Source: Rebecca billardiae RCC1528 (Eukaryota; Protista; Haptophyta). From it: 64,000 bases of DNA. Under the pieces are notes generated by a model. It did no database searches. It was not told the DNA's origin and was given only the letters and a program-made list of their open reading frames with translations. Shown here one piece after another: positions 1 to 13,481 of the stretch. Position 1 is the stretch's first letter; every line of letters starts with the position of its first letter. The position numbers and the translations under genes were made by a program. The stretch spans positions 124,001 to 188,000 of the forward strand of contig OZ251241.1 in the NCBI GenBank assembly GCA_965240325.2, read 5' to 3'.

Positions 1-443
1 TCGCTCTGCCAGCTGCTCGGCCCTGCACCCTCGCATCTCGGCGCAGCCCGGCTCCAGGCAGGGTCCCACTGCGATCGTGCGCAGTGGGACGCGGGCCACG
101 CGGCATGGGTCGGCAGCATGGACGGCGACTGCTCAGACCGCCATCACTCGCCAGTCGACCGGGATGCCAGCTCGCGCCGCACGCGGCTGGAGGATGGCCC
201 GGACGGACGACCGGCGTCCGGCGAGGCCGAGAAGAGTCAGCGCAGTCCATAACTTCATCATCCGAACTGCCGCCTGCCGCCGCGCCCGCGCTGCCCGACG
301 GCGACTCGCCGACAGTCAGACGTCAGTCGACGACGACGTCGTCATCGCTCATCATCATCTGGACATCAGGTAGTTCATCGCGTCATGCCGCTGCTGCGTG
401 TACGTACAGCGCGCGCATATACATATATGCGCGCGCATAATCA

Positions 444-2126
<1,683 letters not shown>

Positions 2127-2492
2127 CTATAAAGTTGACGCCCGCGGCCCCGCGGCGAGTGGGCACGCGCTGTTGTCAGAGGGGTCGGGGTGCAGCACCG
2201 CGGCATGCAGTGGGCGTGGGCGCGGTAGCCGGGCAATGGCACGCACGCTGGTCGAGCCCATGCTGGTCGCTCTACCGCGGTGCGTCGCTCGACACCGTCC
2301 CACGCGCCACCATCCGGAAGGACGCCGCGCCGGTGGCGGCAGCCATCGATCGATGCGGCTTGGCTGGGGCGGCGTCCGTGGACAGGGCTCGACACGGCGG
2401 ACAGGGCAGCGGGGATTCTCCGCGGCAACTCGCGCCCACGAGTTGCGTCCAGCAGCAGCTGCGCGGTCGCGGCCTCGTACGAGCGCGCGCGC

Positions 2493-5400
2493 ATGGCCCC
2501 GCCACGCGGAGGGAAGCGCGGAAAGGAGGGCGGCGGCCGGAGCGCGTCGTCCGCCAAGCGCGCCCGCGCCGCGCCGCCGCCGCCGCCGCCGCCCCTTGCC
2601 GCCGCCGAGCCGCTCGTCGTCGTCGCCGACCCGCGCCAGCCGACGCTCGACGCGCGCGCGGGCGAGCTCACGCGCCTGTCGGCGGCGGCGGCGGAGGGCT
2701 GGGCGGCGCGCGCGGCGGCGCGCGAGGCGTCGCTGCGCGGCCCCGCGGGCGACCTGCTCCGCCTCCTCGGCACGCTCGAGCTCGAGCTCAGCGGCGAGGC
2801 CGCGCGCGCGCTGCGCGGCGCGCGGCCCGCCGGCTCGCGCGCCGCGCCGCTGCGGCGCGCGGCGCCCAAGTGGGGCAAGGGCGCGCAGCCCGAGTGGTGG
2901 TCCGAGTCGACGGGCGAGCCGAGTCGCGTGCGCTCGCTCTCCGTCTCGCGCCTCCTCGACGGCCGCGCGCTCGACGGCGCGGCGTGCGCGGCCGCGCGCG
3001 AGCTGCTGAGCGCGGTGCGCGCGCTCGCCGCGCCCTCGCCCGCGCTGTGGGGCACGCCGCTCGCGGTGGCGCTCGCGTCGTACACGGCGCACGGCGGCGG
3101 CGGCGCGGAGCGCGGCACGCTGCGCCTCGGCGTGTACGCCGCGCGCCTCTACTTCGAGACCAACGGCGGGCAGCTCAGCAAGCGCGTGCTGGACGCGCTC
3201 GCGGCCGCGCACCCGGCCGCGCGGCCGCTCGCCCGGCTGCCCGCGCACGCGCCGTGCTACACGACGGCGGGCGGCGGCGAGGGCGCGGCGGCGTTCACGC
3301 TGGAGCACCTGCTCGCCTCCGCCGAGCACGCCGGCTACCGCGAGGCCGCGCCGCCCCCGGGCCTCGCGCTGCGCCTGCTCCCGTACCAGCGGCAGTCGCT
3401 CGCGTGGCTGCAGGACATGGAGTCCCCGGCGATTCTGCCCATGGGCCTCAACTCGCTCTTCTGGGAGGAGAAAGCGTTCGCGGACGGCGGCTCGTGGTAC
3501 TACATGCCCTCGCTGGGCGAGGCGCGGCTGGACACGCCGCCGCTGCTGTGGGGCGGCCTGCTCTGCGAGGAGATGGGCCTGGGCAAGTCGCTCGAGCTGA
3601 TCGCTCTCGTGCTGAGCTCGCGCGGCAACGGGCCGACGCTGATCGTGGCGCCCGAGCCGCTGCTCGGGCAGTGGGAGGCGGAGATCGACAAGTGCGTGCA
3701 CGACTGGGTGGGGCTGCGCGTGCGCACCGTCTGCGCCGCCGAGGCCGCGCTCTCCGCCGCGCGCGCGCCCACCCCCGCCCAGCTCGAGGGTGCGGACATT
3801 GTCCTCTGCTCGTACGCCGAGCTCGAAACCTGCCGCGCGCTGCAGGGCGCGCGCTGGCACCGCGTCTGCCTCGACGAGATGCAGATGCTGCGCTCGCCGA
3901 CGACGCGCGTGGCGAAGGTGGCGGAGCGGCTGCACTGCGCCCGGCGCTGGATGATCTCGGGCACCCCGCTCTACGCCGGCCTCGACGACCTCCGCGGCGA
4001 GCTCAACTTTTTGCACGTCTCGCCGTTTGGCGCTGCGCACGAGGACGGCTTCTGGGCGCACTGCGTGCGCGGGCCGTGGGACGCGCGCGACGGGAGCGCG
4101 CTGGGCGCGCTGCAGCTGCTGCTCTCGACGCTGATGATGCGGCACTCGAAGGCGCAGCGCACCCTCGCCGACGGCCGCGCGCTCCTCGAGCTGCCCCCGC
4201 AGCGCGTGACGTACGCGCGCGTGGCGCTGTCCGCGCCCGAGCGCGCGGTGTACGCGTACGCCGAGGCGGCGGTGGCGGACGTGGCGAGGGCGCGGCTGCG
4301 CGCGGGCGGCGCGCTGGGCGGGGCGGGCTGGGCGGGCGCGCGCGCGCACGCCAACCCGTTCGCCCCCGGCGGCGCGGCGGTCGCCGCCGGCGCCGCCGTC
4401 GACGCCGGGCTGCGGCTGCTGCGCGAGCTGGCGGACACGCCGAGCGCGCTCGCGGGCGGCGCCGGCCTGCCGCCGCAGCTGGGCCTGCTTGACGGCATCG
4501 AGCGCGCGCGCGCGCACCACTCGACCGCGGACTTTGCGAGCGCGCTGGAGGACGGCGGGCTCGGCGCCGCCGCGCGCGCCGGCGTCGGCTCGCCGCTCGA
4601 CGCCGTGCGCGCGCTCCGCCCCGACGCCGTGATCCGCGAGCTCACGCGCGGCACCGACCTCAACGACTCGGTGGCGCACAGGCGCATGGCGGGCGGCACC
4701 GGCCTCGTGCGGTACGGCGGGCAGGCGACCGCGGGCGTGCACGAGCGCGCGCGCGCGCGCGCGGGCATCTCCGACGTCGCCGCCGAGCTCGCGCGCTGCG
4801 CGCGCCGGCGCGAGGTGCTGGGCGCGCGCCGCGCCGAGGCGGCGGGCGCGTGCGCGCGCGGCCGCTGGCGGTGGGCGGTGGAGGCGCTGACGTGCTCGCC
4901 GCTCGAGTACCGCTGCTGGACGGACGGAGCGCGCGCCGACGCGGCTGCGCTGCGCGAGGTCGGGGCCACGCAGCGCGCCGCCTTCTGGTGGCGCGTGTGG
5001 CGGCTGCGCTCGCGCCTCCTCGCCGCCATCGACGGCGCGCGCTCGCTCGCGCAGGCCGAGCTGGACGAGGGCGGTGACCTCCAGGCGCACGACGACGGGG
5101 GCGCGGGGGAGGAGGAGGGCGGCGCGCGGGGGCGCGAGGTGCACGGCCTCTTTGGCGGCGGCGCGCTCATCCTCACCGTCACGCCCGAGCACGGCGCGGG
5201 CGGGAAGGCCGCGGCGGCGGGCGCGGGCGCGGCGCGCGCGGGCGGCGGCGGCGCCGCGGCCGCGCGGCCGGGCGCGGCGGCCGGCTCGGCGGCCGGCGCG
5301 GGCGCGCGGGCCGGCGCCATGGGCGGGAGCGGCGGCGGCAGGCCCGCGCGCAAGGCGGCGGCCAAGGCGGCGTCGAAGGCGCGGCTCGTGGCGCGCGCGG

Positions 5401-7327
5401 AGGAGGCGGACGCGGACGCGGACGCGGAGGACGCGGGCGCGGGCCCGACCGCGGCGCGTGCGGCAGACGCGGCCTTGGCCGCCGAGGAGGGCGACGGCGC
5501 TCCGTCCGAGGACGAGCCGCCTGGTCTCGTGGTGAGCGCGACGCTGCGCATGCCGATGTGGAGCGCGCGCGGCGTGTGGGCGGGCGCGCCGCACGACGGC
5601 GCACCCAACCACGCCGACGGCGGCGGCGCGCGCCCGGCCGCGCGTCCGCACCTGCTCGCGCCGGCCGGCTGGCGGCCGCCGCCCGCGCGCGGCGGCGCCG
5701 GCCGCGGCGCCCGCGGCGCGTGGGACGCGGCGTCGAGCCGCTCGGCGCTCGAGCACGTGTGCTCGGCGGCGTGCGCGGGCGTGCACGCGGGCGAGCACGC
5801 GCGCGAGGTGCTCTCGCGCGCGCACGCCGCGCGCGCCGAGGCGGCGCGCGCGGCGCACGACTCAGCCAGCGTCGAAGCGATGGAGTCCAAACTGCATGCG
5901 GCGTCGAGGCACCAGCTCTCGCTCGGGCAGGTGGAGCAGCGCGGCTTCAGCGAGCTGCTCGCGCTGTGCCGCGGCGAGGCGCTGAGCGCGACGTGCCCCA
6001 TCTGCTTCGACGCGGTCGGCAGCTGCGGCAACCCCGTCCTGCTGCGCCACTGCGCGCACCTCGCCTGCAAGGGCTGCCTGGCCGCGCACGTGGCGTACAC
6101 GCGCGCGGCGCGCGGCCTCGACGGGGGCGCGCGCATGAGCGGCGACGTGGAGGCGGACGCCAAGTGCGCGCTGTGCCGCCGCGCGTTCACCGTCGCCGAG
6201 CTGATCGAGGTGCTGCCCGCGGCCGAGGGCGACGGGCACGAGGGCGGCGGCGCGGACGCGCCCGCCGCGGACGCGCCGGCCGGCGCGCCGCCGCCGGCCG
6301 AGCGCGCCGGCGCGGCCGACAGCGCGCCGCCGCCGCCGTCCGCGCCCGCCTACTCTCCGGCGGCCACGCGCGACGAGTACGCCGCGCTCAGCGCCGGGCC
6401 CGCGCTGGGCGAGGCGCGCCAGCTGCCCGAGACGCCGCTGCTGCCGCCCCGCCTCCTCTCGCAGCTGCGCGCCGCGACGGGCCACGCGCCGCCCGGCAGC
6501 GCGGCGCGCACGCCCGTGTGCCGAGCGCACCTGTCGTCCAAGCTGCGCGCGCTGCTGGCGGACGTGCGCGGCCTCGCGGCGTGCGGCGAGAAGGCGGTGG
6601 TCTTCTCCGCGCACAGGGGCGTGGTGGAGCACGTCTCCAGGGTGCTCGACGCCGAGGGCATCGGCCACCGCACGCTGCTCGCGCAGAGCGGCCGGCGCGC
6701 GGAGCACGCGCGCGCCGTGCGCGAGTGGCGGGAGGACTGCAGCGTGCCGTGCTTCGTGCTGCACGCGGGCGTGGCCGCGGCCGGGCTCACGCTGGTGGCC
6801 GCGCACCACGTGTTCGTGCTCGACGTGTTCACGCACAGCGCGGAGGAGCTGCAGGCGCTCAACAGGTGCCACCGCATCGGCCAGGGCCACGCCGTCTCGT
6901 GCACGGTGCGCGCAGCGGGCGCGGCGCGCACGGCGCGCACGCCCCGCGGCCCTTGGCCGTGCGCGTGACCCGCCGTGCCGCCGCCGTGCACAATCATGAC
7001 CGCCACCGCCGCCCGCGCGCGCGCGCGCGCGCCTTGCAGGTGTACTACGCCGAGCGCACGGTCGAGGAGCGCCTGCTGGCGTACCGCGCGCGCGAGGCGG
7101 AGGAGGGCACGGACGCGGCGGGCGCGCACGCGCTCAGCGTGCTCGCCGGGAGCGTGCCCGCGGGCGCGCGCGGCGCGCCCAGCCTCTCGCAGGCCAAGAT
7201 GGCCTTTGTGCTCGGCGTCGCGCCCGACGACGCGGCTGCCGGCGCACCGGCGGCCGCCGGCCCTGCGGCGGACGAGCGGCCGGCGGGCGGGGCCGCGGTG
7301 CAGCCACCGCGCCATGATGAGGCATGA
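2493..7327 (+). CDS. SNF2-family ATPase with inserted RING finger (RAD5/RAD16/SHPRH-like); intron 6906-7039, others possible
   Basis: Motifs LLPYQRQSLAW, GGLLCEEMGLGKS, CLDEMQ, ISGTP, MMRHSK; RING CPIC...CAHLACKGC...CALCR; helicase-C KAVVFS, GLTLVAAHHVFVLD, QALNRCHRIGQ; last exon VYYAERTVEERLL. Confidence 0.9.
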
Positions 7328-7516
7328 TGATCCATCATCCAACTACCTGATATGAAACAGTGCGGAATTACAATTACAAAAGGCCAAAAGCCGTCGTCGT
7401 CGACTGCGCGCAGCATGGATCTGAATCAGAACATCCAGCTTCAGTCTGTTCTGACTTCTGAGTGACTGCGCGCGAGGCGCTGTGCCGTGCGCTACTGCGC
7501 TCGCGCGCGCGAAATC

Positions 7517-8887
7517 ATGGGGCGTGACACCGATGGCGACTCATTGGGACGTGCGCGGGGCGCGAGCACGCACGCGCCGCTGGCCTTGCTCGCGTCGGCG
7601 CTGCTCCACTCCATCGAGCCCCTCATGGTCAAGGCGCTCAAATCGCGCGCCGGCGTGCGCGTCGAGCACGTCCTCGTCATGCGGGGCGCCGTGCAGACCG
7701 CGCTCGCCCTGAGCACGCTCGTGCTGCAGCGCGCGCCGCGGAGCGCCTTTGTGGGCTCCTCGCGCGCGGAGACCGCCATGCTAGCATTTCGAGGGCTGTT
7801 CGGGTGCTTGGCGGTCGCGTTCATGACGAATGCCGTCACGCTCCTCCCGCTCGGCGAGGCCAGCACCCTCGGCCAGACGCGCGCGATCTGGGCGGCACTG
7901 CTGGGCAGCTGCGTGCTCGGCGAGCGGTGGCACCGCGGCGACGCGGGGGCCACCGCCGTGGCGCTGTGCGGCGTCGCGCTCATCATGCAGCCGCGCATCG
8001 CGCTCTCGGCGCTGGATGCGCTCGGTGTCACCGAGCTCTCCGCCGGCGCGCCACCCGGCGGAGAGTCGGGCGCCACGCCCGGCGGCGCGGCGCACGCGCT
8101 CGGCTGCGCGCTCGCCCTGCTGGCGGCGGTGTCGTCCGCAATCTGCTTCGTGCTGCTGCGCTGGCAGGGCAGGGCGCGGCCGAGCGCGCACCTGGCCACG
8201 CCCATCCTGTGGCAGGGCGTGTGCATCGCCGCGCTGCCGGCCGTCCCCGCCGCGCTGCGCGCCGAGCCTCCCGTGCTGCTGCCGCGCGCGCCGTGGGCGG
8301 CGCTCACTCTGTGCAGCGTGGGGCTGGGCTCGTTTGGCGTGCAGGTGCTGCTCACGTACGGGGTGCGCCGCGTGCCTCCGGGGACGTCGGCGCTGCTCAA
8401 GGCGTCCGAGACCGTCTACTCCTTCGCGTGGCAGGCGCTCTTCTTCCCGACGGAGGCGGACGCGCGCACGACGATGGTGGACGTGGGCGGCGCGCTCCTC
8501 GTGGTCGGGGCGCTCGCGCACGTCACGCGCATGCAGGTGCGGCGCGCGCGCGCTGGCGAGAGCGAGCCGGCGCTCGACGGCGGGGCGTGCGGGTGGCGCG
8601 GGCTGGCGTCGGGCCGCCGCGCGGCGCATCGTATGGCGGACGACCCGGCGGAGGACATCGCCGCCGCGGTCGAGCCCGAGCTGTCGCTGCCGCGCGCCCC
8701 GCAGAGCCGATCGGTGCCGGTGAGCGCCGACTCGAGCGACGGCCTGCTGCTCGGCGCCGTCGGGCCGAGCGGGCCGCCTGCGCGCCAGCCGGCTGAGCCG
8801 GATGGCTGCGAGGCGGTGCACGCGCGGCGAGGACGCGGCAGCGACGCGGTCTGGTCAGCGCCGGACGGCGACCCACCGCGCTGCTAG
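7517..8887 (+). CDS. EamA/DMT-superfamily (SLC35G-like) membrane transporter
   Basis: About 10 hydrophobic segments; FRGLFGC, LPLGEASTL, LGSCVLGERW, LLTYG, SETVYSFAWQALFF resemble SLC35G/EamA patterns. Confidence 0.85.
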   Translation: MGRDTDGDSLGRARGASTHAPLALLASALLHSIEPLMVKALKSRAGVRVEHVLVMRGAVQTALALSTLVLQRAPRSAFVGSSRAETAMLAFRGLFGCLAVAFMTNAVTLLPLGEASTLGQTRAIWAALLGSCVLGERWHRGDAGATAVALCGVALIMQPRIALSALDALGVTELSAGAPPGGESGATPGGAAHALGCALALLAAVSSAICFVLLRWQGRARPSAHLATPILWQGVCIAALPAVPAALRAEPPVLLPRAPWAALTLCSVGLGSFGVQVLLTYGVRRVPPGTSALLKASETVYSFAWQALFFPTEADARTTMVDVGGALLVVGALAHVTRMQVRRARAGESEPALDGGACGWRGLASGRRAAHRMADDPAEDIAAAVEPELSLPRAPQSRSVPVSADSSDGLLLGAVGPSGPPARQPAEPDGCEAVHARRGRGSDAVWSAPDGDPPRC

Positions 8888-11599
8888 GCTGCGAGGGGCC
8901 TAGTCAGTATAGTGACTTGACGGCGGTGTAGTGACGACAAGCGCACGGTTCATCAGACAGTATAGATCAGCAGTAGCGTCGATTGGTCAGACAGTAGCTG
9001 ACTGGGCAGCGGGCTGGCCGCCAATTGTGTGGCGCACACGGTCACTAGAGTAGTAGACTAGACTCACTGCTGCTATATATAGAGTAGCAGTCATCAACGA
9101 CTTTATAGTCACGACTGTAAATACGGTCACCGCTATGCCTCCCGGAGCGGCCGCCGTGCGGGCGCTGAGGAGTGCGCGCGACGGCCGGGCGCCGCCGGCC
9201 CGTCATCAGGCGGCGCTGCTCGGTCATTAGCTAGCAGCCTGAGTAGCCAGTGTAGCCCGCACTCCGCACGGCCACTTAGTGTAGTAGGAGTAAGGCCGTA
9301 CTACTGCTGCCTTACTCTCTGCTCCGCGCGCGCGCTTATTTGCTCGTCGTCGCCGCCGTCTTGGCAGAATTCTATACCAGTCTCCGCGCAGCGCCTGCGC
9401 CGCAGAACCAGCAGCCCTATTATTCGACGGTCATGTTTCCTGGGCATATCACGCACGCGACTCTCGCGACAGGCAGTAAGAGTGACGACGCCGCCACATC
9501 GGCGCCCGGACAGACGGGCGGACAGCCCCGGGCGGGCCGAATCTCAGCAGCCGTGCCTGCGCATGTGCGTCGCGCAGGAGGCACATAATGAACTTATGAA
9601 CAGGTCAAGGTGTAGTGAAATGACTGAGAGGTGCAACGGTTTCATAAGTAAACGCGCGTCGAGATCCTAACCACTCACACTTCAGTGCGGGCCGCTCCGG
9701 CGGGCCGGCCGCCAGTGCGGGCAACTGCAAGTCCGGCTGTCTCAGATCGCTGTCGTCGGCAGCCAGCCGGCGCCGGGCGCGATGGCGCCGGGCGCTCGCA
9801 GCTGAAGGACCGCGATCAAGGATTGATTGCCAAGTCGTCACACTCACCGCCGACGACTGGGTGCTGAGCCTGACGCTGCCCGCTGCCCGGGGTTGCGCGG
9901 GACGAATGACGAGCAGCCTACGGTCCGTGAAACCTGCGTCAGCTCCTAGAAGTCTACCAGACGTGGCGAGGATCTCCCTCACGAACTCAGCCCTCTCGCG
10001 CTGACGCAGCGCGTCCGCTGCCACTCTACGGCCCTGCGGCCTGCTGCGTGCTGCAAGCGAGCGGACAGCGCGGCCCGCCGGCCGTGGGCCCTGGTCTGGG
10101 CGTCTGCGCGGCGGGTCCGGACGGCAGCAGGCGGCTGCGGAGGACGCGTGGGCTGGTCGCATCCCGGCCGAGGCGTGGGCACCGGCCCGACGGTTGAGCC
10201 CACCAGCACGCCGGCAAGCGCTCTGATGCCACTCATCCTCGAGACTGGCTGCCGAGCCGTGTCGCGCAACCGTGCCGACAGCAAGACATGGGTCCGCGCC
10301 GAGCGTTCACCGGCCTCCGAACCCGCGCACGCCTCCCAGACCTGGGCCAGGGCATGCGCCGTCGATCTACCCAGCCGGAAGCAGCTCGACAGCCCCGCTG
10401 TGCTCGCGCGCGCCTGCCGGTACGTCCGCTGCCTGCTCGAGGGCGAGCGCGCACCGCAGGCATCAGGTACGTAAAGGCCGTAGCTCGGGCCTGCACGGTT
10501 GCACACAGCCGAGGCCGTCCGCGGAGGAGGCGAGCCCCTCGGCGGTGCCAGCAGGGACCTCGGGCGGGTCGCACACATCCATGGGCACGCGTGCATCATC
10601 ATCTGCCGCGCCCTGGACCTCGTCATGCCCGGCACAGCGGTCCGCAAGTTGGTCGGCGGTAGCTGGCCCTTGCGGCAGAGGCGTCGCGGGCACGTCCGAG
10701 GGCGAGAAGGCAGCGTCGGGTGGGGAAGGAGACAGCGTCGAATCGTTGCCGATGCCTATCCCACCGCGTTGCGCATGTTCGTCTCCGCGTTGCTCGCCTG
10801 TACGTGCTCCTAGGACGCGCTCCTTGGTCGCGGGCAGCACACGTTGAGCACGCAGATTCAAATCATGAAGCACGAGCGTCGACCGGCCAGCGACTCCCAG
10901 CGAGAGCCCGGTCCACACGAAGCATGGCTACCTGTCCGCAGCCGCCCAGCCGCTCGGCGAGGCGCCTGCGCCGAGGTGGGCGCGCCCAACGGCGAGCGGA
11001 CGGCCGTCGACGAGGGCCATCAGCCTCGCCGACCCCGTTCAGAGCTCCGCTCCCGCGCCGGGGCCAGCCGAGCGCGGATTTGGAATCTGCCGATCGCGAA
11101 AACCCGCCGAACAAGTTCTGAAAAGGAAAAGAAAAGAAATCAAAAATCAAGTTAATCTGATGGACCCCCTAGCGTTTGCGGGCCGGGGCCGGCTCTGATG
11201 CCCACCCCGCCGCGCATGCTGGCCTGCATGTATGGCTGCTGCCCAAGGTCAGCCCCGGCGGGCTTCTCCCGGGCAGGCTGTGTCGGCGCGCCGGGTGCGC
11301 GCGAAGCGTCGTTTTGCTGGTGTGGAGCCGTGCAGTCATGCCTGCGCCGCGCGTGCTGCGCTGGCACAGCCTGGCAGACTTGCGTAGGGGCGGGGCCTCA
11401 GGCACCGCAGGCGTCGGGGGTCTGGGCTGGTCACAGTACGACTATATGGCGGGCCGTAGGTCCGCCCCTTGTAGTGCCCGGGGAAAAGATAAGGAAAAGA
11501 AAAGGGAAAAATAAAATCGCCGCCTCGCAAAGAAAAGAAAATCGCCTCGCTCACTACCGGGTGCCCTCGCAGCTCACCATTGGGGACGCTCGGCCGAAA

Positions 11600-12990
11600 A
11601 CAAACCGCAGATGGCGCGGAGCGCGTGGGCGGCGCGCGCCAGATCCAACGCCGGCGCGGACATCGAGCGATCATTCCCTAGACGGGTTTTCGCCCGATTC
11701 GCGATTGCTGCCCTCGTCGTCTCGCGTGCAGGTCGAACGGGGGCCAAAGTCGACGCGTTAGTGGAGGAGTACGCTCGGCGCGTCGACACGATCGTGCGAC
11801 CTGGGGCGGTCCTCGCCCGACTTGCACCTCGAGCGCTCGCACGGGCCATAACATCAAGCGCTGCGCACGACAACCACCTCGCGCGATCCACCGCCGCGCG
11901 TCGGGCTCGGTGCGGAAAGGCCCTCATCATGAGGTGCCTCGCGGGCGGGAAGCGCCATCGCACGCGACGCAAGATTTGGCGCGGCCTTCTGAACTCGATC
12001 GCCGGAATCCGCGCACCGGACTGTCGCTCGCGGAGTGGCGGTCCGCCGGTCCCTCAGCCGAACGCCCACGTCCGGCGTGCATGGCGTCGACGGTGACCAA
12101 TGCGACGGAAGCGCAGCGCCAACGGCGTACGACGCGCAGCGGACGCACCTCCCGGGTCTGTCGCCGTGGCAGCAACCGTGTCTTCGCGAGTTGGCGACCC
12201 TCGCCGCAGCGCGAAACAGACAAGCCATTGATGCCATCCGCAGAGAGATGAAACGTCGAGAATGCAACATCGCCGCGCCATCCTCGTCCATGGCGCAGGC
12301 GCTGCGGGACGAGGCGGACGTCGTCACGCCGGTGACGGATGCGCTGCGATTCGCGTGCCCGCGTGAGCAGCTCGTGCCCACTCTCGATCGCGGGTGGCAC
12401 TCGCTGTCGCTGTGCGCGCTGTGCGCGCGCGCGCGCACCACCAACAGCTCCTCGTGCCGCCGAACACGCAGGCGCCAGCCAGACCTGTCGAAGAGGCGAA
12501 GAGCGACGACCGCCTGAACGTCAACGCGCTCGTGCTCAGCGTGGCGGCCGTGTACGATGTCAACGCGACCTGCGCCGAGCCCATCATGCCCGGAGCGGAC
12601 ATCGGCAAGCATCCTCGCGACGACCGCTCTCGGCTGGCGGCTGGAGGACATGCACATGATCTACTCTGGCGGCTTCGTCGGCGGCGAGGCGCTCGATTAC
12701 GCCATCGCGGTCGAGACGCGGCTCACGGGCAGCGCGTACCCGCGCTTGCGTGGAGCAACGGGCTACCCGCCCCGCCCCGCGTGCTGCACATTCCCTTGAT
12801 GTGGGTGTGGGCCTGGCGCTGATGCGCACGCCGGACGTCTGTCACGTGAGTGGGGAACTTCAGGTGTCACTGGTCCGACTGTCCGTCACCCACGGCCACG
12901 AGCGAATGTGGAAAGACGCGAACCCGCGCAGAGGAAACATTGCGACAGCACTGACACGGCGGCCCGCCGCCCCCCCCGCCCGCTGATCAG
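11600..12990 (+). pseudogene. Frameshifted coding-like remnant of unknown family, possibly transposon-derived
   Basis: Protein-like segments switch between frames (ORFs at 11611, 12035, 12394, 12557, 12750) with no typical introns; no motif recognised. Confidence 0.25.
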
Positions 12991-13481
12991 GGCACACAGT
13001 TTATTTATTATTATAATACCGGGATGCGCGCGGCATTAGTCGACTGGCTTGCCGTGCGGCAGTCACTCCCGGAGCCAAGTCATCACTGTCATCAGGGCTG
13101 TCAGCAGGGCGTGCATGCATGTGTTACGACGCGGCATGAAGTTACACGTATATATTTAGTCGTCATGATCGATGATGATAACGTCATGACAACGGTAGTA
13201 CAGCACTATGCAATGAATGGCGAGCACTCGCGTAACGTGACGCCCGGACAGCGCTCTGTCCACGCAGGGCACAAACAGATTCACTACAGTAGTCGTAGTC
13301 CCGCCATCATGCATGCGGGCGACTCACTGCGGCTGCCGCGCGCGCGCTCGCGCGCGCGCGCCGGCGCGGCGGGGCGGCCTCAGGTCAGCACTTATAATAT
13401 ATAATAATATACTAGCTGTATATTATAATGGGTCAGCACCGTTTCGTCCGTTACGCGGGTATTCTGCTTACAATTGTAATT

